DNA of 62,898 nucleotides, filler included, from Rhabdomonas costata (Eukaryota): NCBI GenBank assembly GCA_019059605.1. It is 56 parts of 56 records of this genome, joined end to end, with 100 filler letters (N's around TTAATTAATTAA, not from the genome) between each part and the next. Parts side by side here need not be neighbours in the genome. Positions count along the whole stretch, not along the records: positions 59,624 to 60,648 come from JAHMHO010032855.1; positions 60,749 to 61,773 come from JAHMHO010032856.1; positions 61,874 to 62,898 come from JAHMHO010032857.1; 53 more parts are not named here. One strand, 5' to 3'. Shown piece by piece: positions 59,654 to 62,898 of this stretch (position 1 is its first letter; each line of letters starts with the position of its first letter). The notes under the pieces were generated by a model. It saw only the letters and a program-made list of their open reading frames with translations, ran no database searches and was not told where the DNA came from. The position numbers and the translations under genes were made by a program.

Positions 59654-60648
59654 CTATCCTCCTTTCCGCTAGTAGCGAAATGGAACAAAGCGCAGCACGG
59701 CAAGGCACGGCACAATAACGGGGAACGGCGTCCAGTTAATTCTGGAGGCTAGTGTGGGTTCAACGACAAACGCCAGCACAGGAACAGCAGCACGCAGCGA
59801 GGGCGGGAGGGAGTGGGTGTGAGAACAGGGAGGTAATTCACAGGTAAGGGCAAGGGAAAGCCGTCTGAAGGGTAAAGACTGCAGAGAGAGGTAACGATGT
59901 GCGATGTACACTGTTGGAAGTGCGCGTCCACAGTAAACAAGAGTGTGGAGGATAGAAAGAGTTCCCTATCCTCCTTTCCGCTAGTAGTGAAATGGAACAA
60001 AGCGCAGCGCGGCAAGGCACGGCACAATAACGGGGAACAGCGTCCAGATAATTCTGGAGGTCATATCATCCCGTCGGTTTTGAGCGCGACCAGGGATGCG
60101 CCTGGTTCACCGGACCTGGAACCCAGCGCACCGAGACATAGATGCCGGAGAGGGTCTGCAGGATGGCCGCAGAGAGTAGTAGCTGCGCTTGGTGCCTTGT
60201 AGGAGACAGTCGCAGCCCCGAAATCCATCCCACGCAGGCGCTGCTATCCGTCAGCAGCAAGAGATGCGTCCGCGATGCAGCAGCGCATGCAAACGCTAAG
60301 GTCACGCTGTACAGTTCCGCCGTCTGTTGGGCGTCATGAGCGCGGGCGTATCTTTCCAGAAGTTCAGGTGGAAGTGCGGCGGTGAGCTCTCGCCTCCCAT
60401 CCCAGCTGCAGAGACCCACAGTCCCGCTTGCAGCGCAGGCGTCGGAGTAGAGGATGTGCAGTGAGCGCTCCGCAGACCAACGCACTCGGCAACACCCTAA
60501 AGTCACCGAAAGGGCGAATGACCATAACGCCTCCCACAAAAGCCCGCCTGAGCAGCTCGTACCCAGCATGCGGTATGCCCCGTGGAGTGCGCGTGCCGAC
60601 CCGTGAAAGTGGTTGGCAAACCACGCAGCCCAGCCCAGCAACCTGCGC
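59654..60648 (-). mobile_element. Tyrosine-recombinase retrotransposon (DIRS order) 3' end: RNase H ORF 60066-60648 plus 95-bp direct repeats
   Basis: LYSDA...AEL...LLTDS...WVPGPVNQAHPWSR is DIRS-type RNase H; repeats 59654-59748 and 59966-60060 are 91/95 identical. Confidence 0.85.
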
Positions 60649-60863
60649 NNNNNNNNNNNNNNNNNNNNNNNNNNNNNNNNNNNNNNNNNNNNTTAATTAA
60701 TTAANNNNNNNNNNNNNNNNNNNNNNNNNNNNNNNNNNNNNNNNNNNNTGTTGGTTGTTCAAAGTATTTTGGAAAACGTTGACAGTCCATGGAGCCATCG
60801 AACTGCACTTGTACGCACATATCGGCTGTCAATAAGAAAAAAGGAACATGCTCTGAGGCAAAC

Positions 60864-61245
60864 CTTCATAAACTTTCCGAAACGGGAGGTGTTGTCGTTC
60901 CGCAGGGTGCGGGCGTTCCCGAACGCCTCCAAAATGGGGTTGGTGTTCCCAATTCGGGTGGTCAGCAATCTGGAGGGAAGAACGGCAGCGGTGTAGCACA
61001 AAGCGGACCCCACTGAAAGCGTTGTAAAAAAGCACTCTCTTTTGCAAACAAGCAAACAAGCAAAATCCCCCTGAAAAGACGAGCTGCTTGTGTTCCAAGG
61101 CACATATATATGTCTCAACTTCACCATCCCGCTCCGAATTATCCGACCTCTATGTGAGGCTCACACCTGGCTTCCGCTTTGTCCTCCTCACGAGCGTAGT
61201 ACGTGGAGCATGCCGCGAGGTATTTCACCACAATCTTTGCCGCTT
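60864..61245 (-). CDS. Myosin motor domain; exons 61167-61245 and 60864-60969
   Basis: (E)[10 protein letters not shown]...AEA(R)[35 protein letters not shown]; both exons have GT-AG ends and splice in phase. Confidence 0.93.
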
Positions 61246-62439
61246 CTGTGTGCGCGCAGGCGTTTCAAAGTGAACGGAGTGGAGGCGTGGAGGGAGTGAA
61301 AGCCTCGAGGATGGCGTGGAGACGCAGAAACCCCCGAAAGATCGGCCAAAACATTATTCTCCAACAACAAAGCAAGTAACAAACAAACACAGGAACGCAA
61401 GCATGCAAACAATCACACTGACTTGGGCCACCTCGACCGATGATCGAAACCTTGCGTTTCAGAATAAAGGCGAGTGAGATTTAGTGAGTAACGGTGAGGC
61501 TGGAGATTTAGTGTTCAGGTACGTTTCTTCGGTATTTCCGGGAGAACTACGGTGATTTTCCTGGAAAGGACGGGGAATGGTCCAAGAAGATTGCAATTTA
61601 ATGGCCAGTGGCGCGGCGCGGTCGGAGCGGGCAGCTGAGGCGGGGGATGTGGGTAGTGGAGGTGTTTTCATGACTTCATGGTCACGCGCACCAAAAACAA
61701 CACATCTGCAGGGGTTCCTACAAGTCAAGTTTCGTACCTCAATTTCTAACATCTTAAAACTGTTTACAGCAGTNNNNNNNNNNNNNNNNNNNNNNNNNNN
61801 NNNNNNNNNNNNNNNNNTTAATTAATTAANNNNNNNNNNNNNNNNNNNNNNNNNNNNNNNNNNNNNNNNNNNNTTTGTCGTCATGAATGTGATGGACACT
61901 GGTATCCGCGTCCCATCCTCCCGCTCTCCCTAAATGAATGCACGAATGACTCTCTGAATGAGTGAGTGAGTGAGTGAATGCATGAATGAATGAGCGAAAG
62001 AAGGAATGACATGGAATCAGCGATGCGACTGTGTTCTACCCTTTTTGTGGGGGTTTGCTCTTCCGCCTCACCCGAGGCGAAACAAAAAGCGAAAGGGAAC
62101 ACCTTCAGTGAGTGAAAACAAACCTGCACAAAACAAACAGTTCTCCCCCACCACCGCCGTTCACGTCTCCCCACACTGTCCGTCTGTTACCACTTGAACC
62201 ACCACTCAAAACATGGACTTGCAAGATTGAATTCCAAGCCGTGCCCACACTTTGAACTGCGAATTTCATCAATTGACTTAAAGGGCTTTCCTTGCATGTG
62301 CCCTACCCTGTTTTGCTCTGGTTCAACTATGCTTACTGCCACCGCTTCATTGTCAGTCACCTCCCAAGGGACCCCCCTTCTCACTCTCTTCTGTGGGTAC
62401 AACTCGGTGCGCTGCGTTCGCTTATGATTATACGTCCAG

Positions 62440-62744
62440 ATTTGGGGAGCATCATGGCCGCTGGTAGCCATCTGAGCATGTATCAGGTCAAGCTCATCAT
62501 GTATCAAGTCCTGTACGGCCTGCTGTACATGCATCGGGTACGGTGCCGCAAATTCCTACTCTTTCCTCTTTATTTGCATAGAAATGGCTTGTGATGCACC
62601 TCGGGATTGAATGCCGTCGCTTTTAGGTGTTTTGATCTCTACTTATAAGAATGAGGAGGGCGTGTTTCCTCTTCCTTTCAGTGTAATGTGGTTCATCGCG
62701 ACCTCAAGCCCGCGAACATCCTTCTCACGCTCAGCAATTGCAAC
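62440..62744 (+). CDS. CMGC (MAPK-like) kinase; exons 62440-62537 and 62682-62744
   Basis: DLGSIM...QVKLIMYQVLYGLLYMHR|CNVVHRDLKPANILLTLSNCN. Confidence 0.88.
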
Positions 62745-62898
62745 GTATGCACTGCATTTTGCTGTGTGGCGTGGCAGGAATGGCAACCCTCATCGTTGGA
62801 GGGAGTGTGCATTTCAGCTCTGGGAAATCGGCTTCGGTTTTCTCACCATACTGAGAAAGGCGAAGCCGATTTCCCAGAGCTGAAATGCACCCACCACC

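Noticed and set aside
1026-61873. Regularly spaced identical TTAATTAATTAA units, superficially like a CRISPR or repeat array
   Set aside because: Always embedded in N44 runs; an artificial six-frame-stop spacer. ORFs ending in X..LIN are artefacts.
1-62898. rRNA, tRNA, spliced-leader RNA genes, CRISPR arrays, operons
   Set aside because: None recognised by eye; a covariance search would be needed to exclude small RNAs. Gene neighbourhood across spacers is meaningless.

Overview
This window is not one locus. It is 56 unrelated contigs of about 1,025 bp joined by 55 artificial 100-bp spacers (N44-TTAATTAATTAA-N44), so adjacency across spacers means nothing. G/T-rich 5' ends and C/A-rich 3' ends, several resembling TGTGTTGGGTGTGTTTGG, point to GenomePlex/PicoPLEX-type whole-genome amplification. 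The DNA is from an intron-rich microbial eukaryote, most likely a euglenozoan (inferred from the dynein LC1 variant, a kinetoplastid-like Cys-rich finger, CRE-clade and tyrosine-recombinase retroelements and GTGYG-type donors). Most ORF-track entries are spurious; real coding sequence is short GT-AG exons that I spliced by hand. Recognisable fragments: a glycosyltransferase, three kinases, GH81, a histidine phosphatase, FEN1, a peroxiredoxin, a class III cyclase, NHL, M16 peptidase, ADP-ribosyltransferase, ankyrin, SPX, Bmp, RRM, dynein LC1 and myosin. Best leads: (1) a six-cysteine module always encoded as one phase 1-1 exon, with 4 complete copies on 3 contigs; (2) two non-coding contigs sharing a set of ssDNA-initiation-like hairpins followed by A/C-skewed tracts; (3) a tyrosine-recombinase retrotransposon 3' end with split direct repeats right after RNase H; (4) a spliced, signal-peptide-bearing bacterial-type Bmp domain; (5) a GH81 lacking its catalytic Asp.
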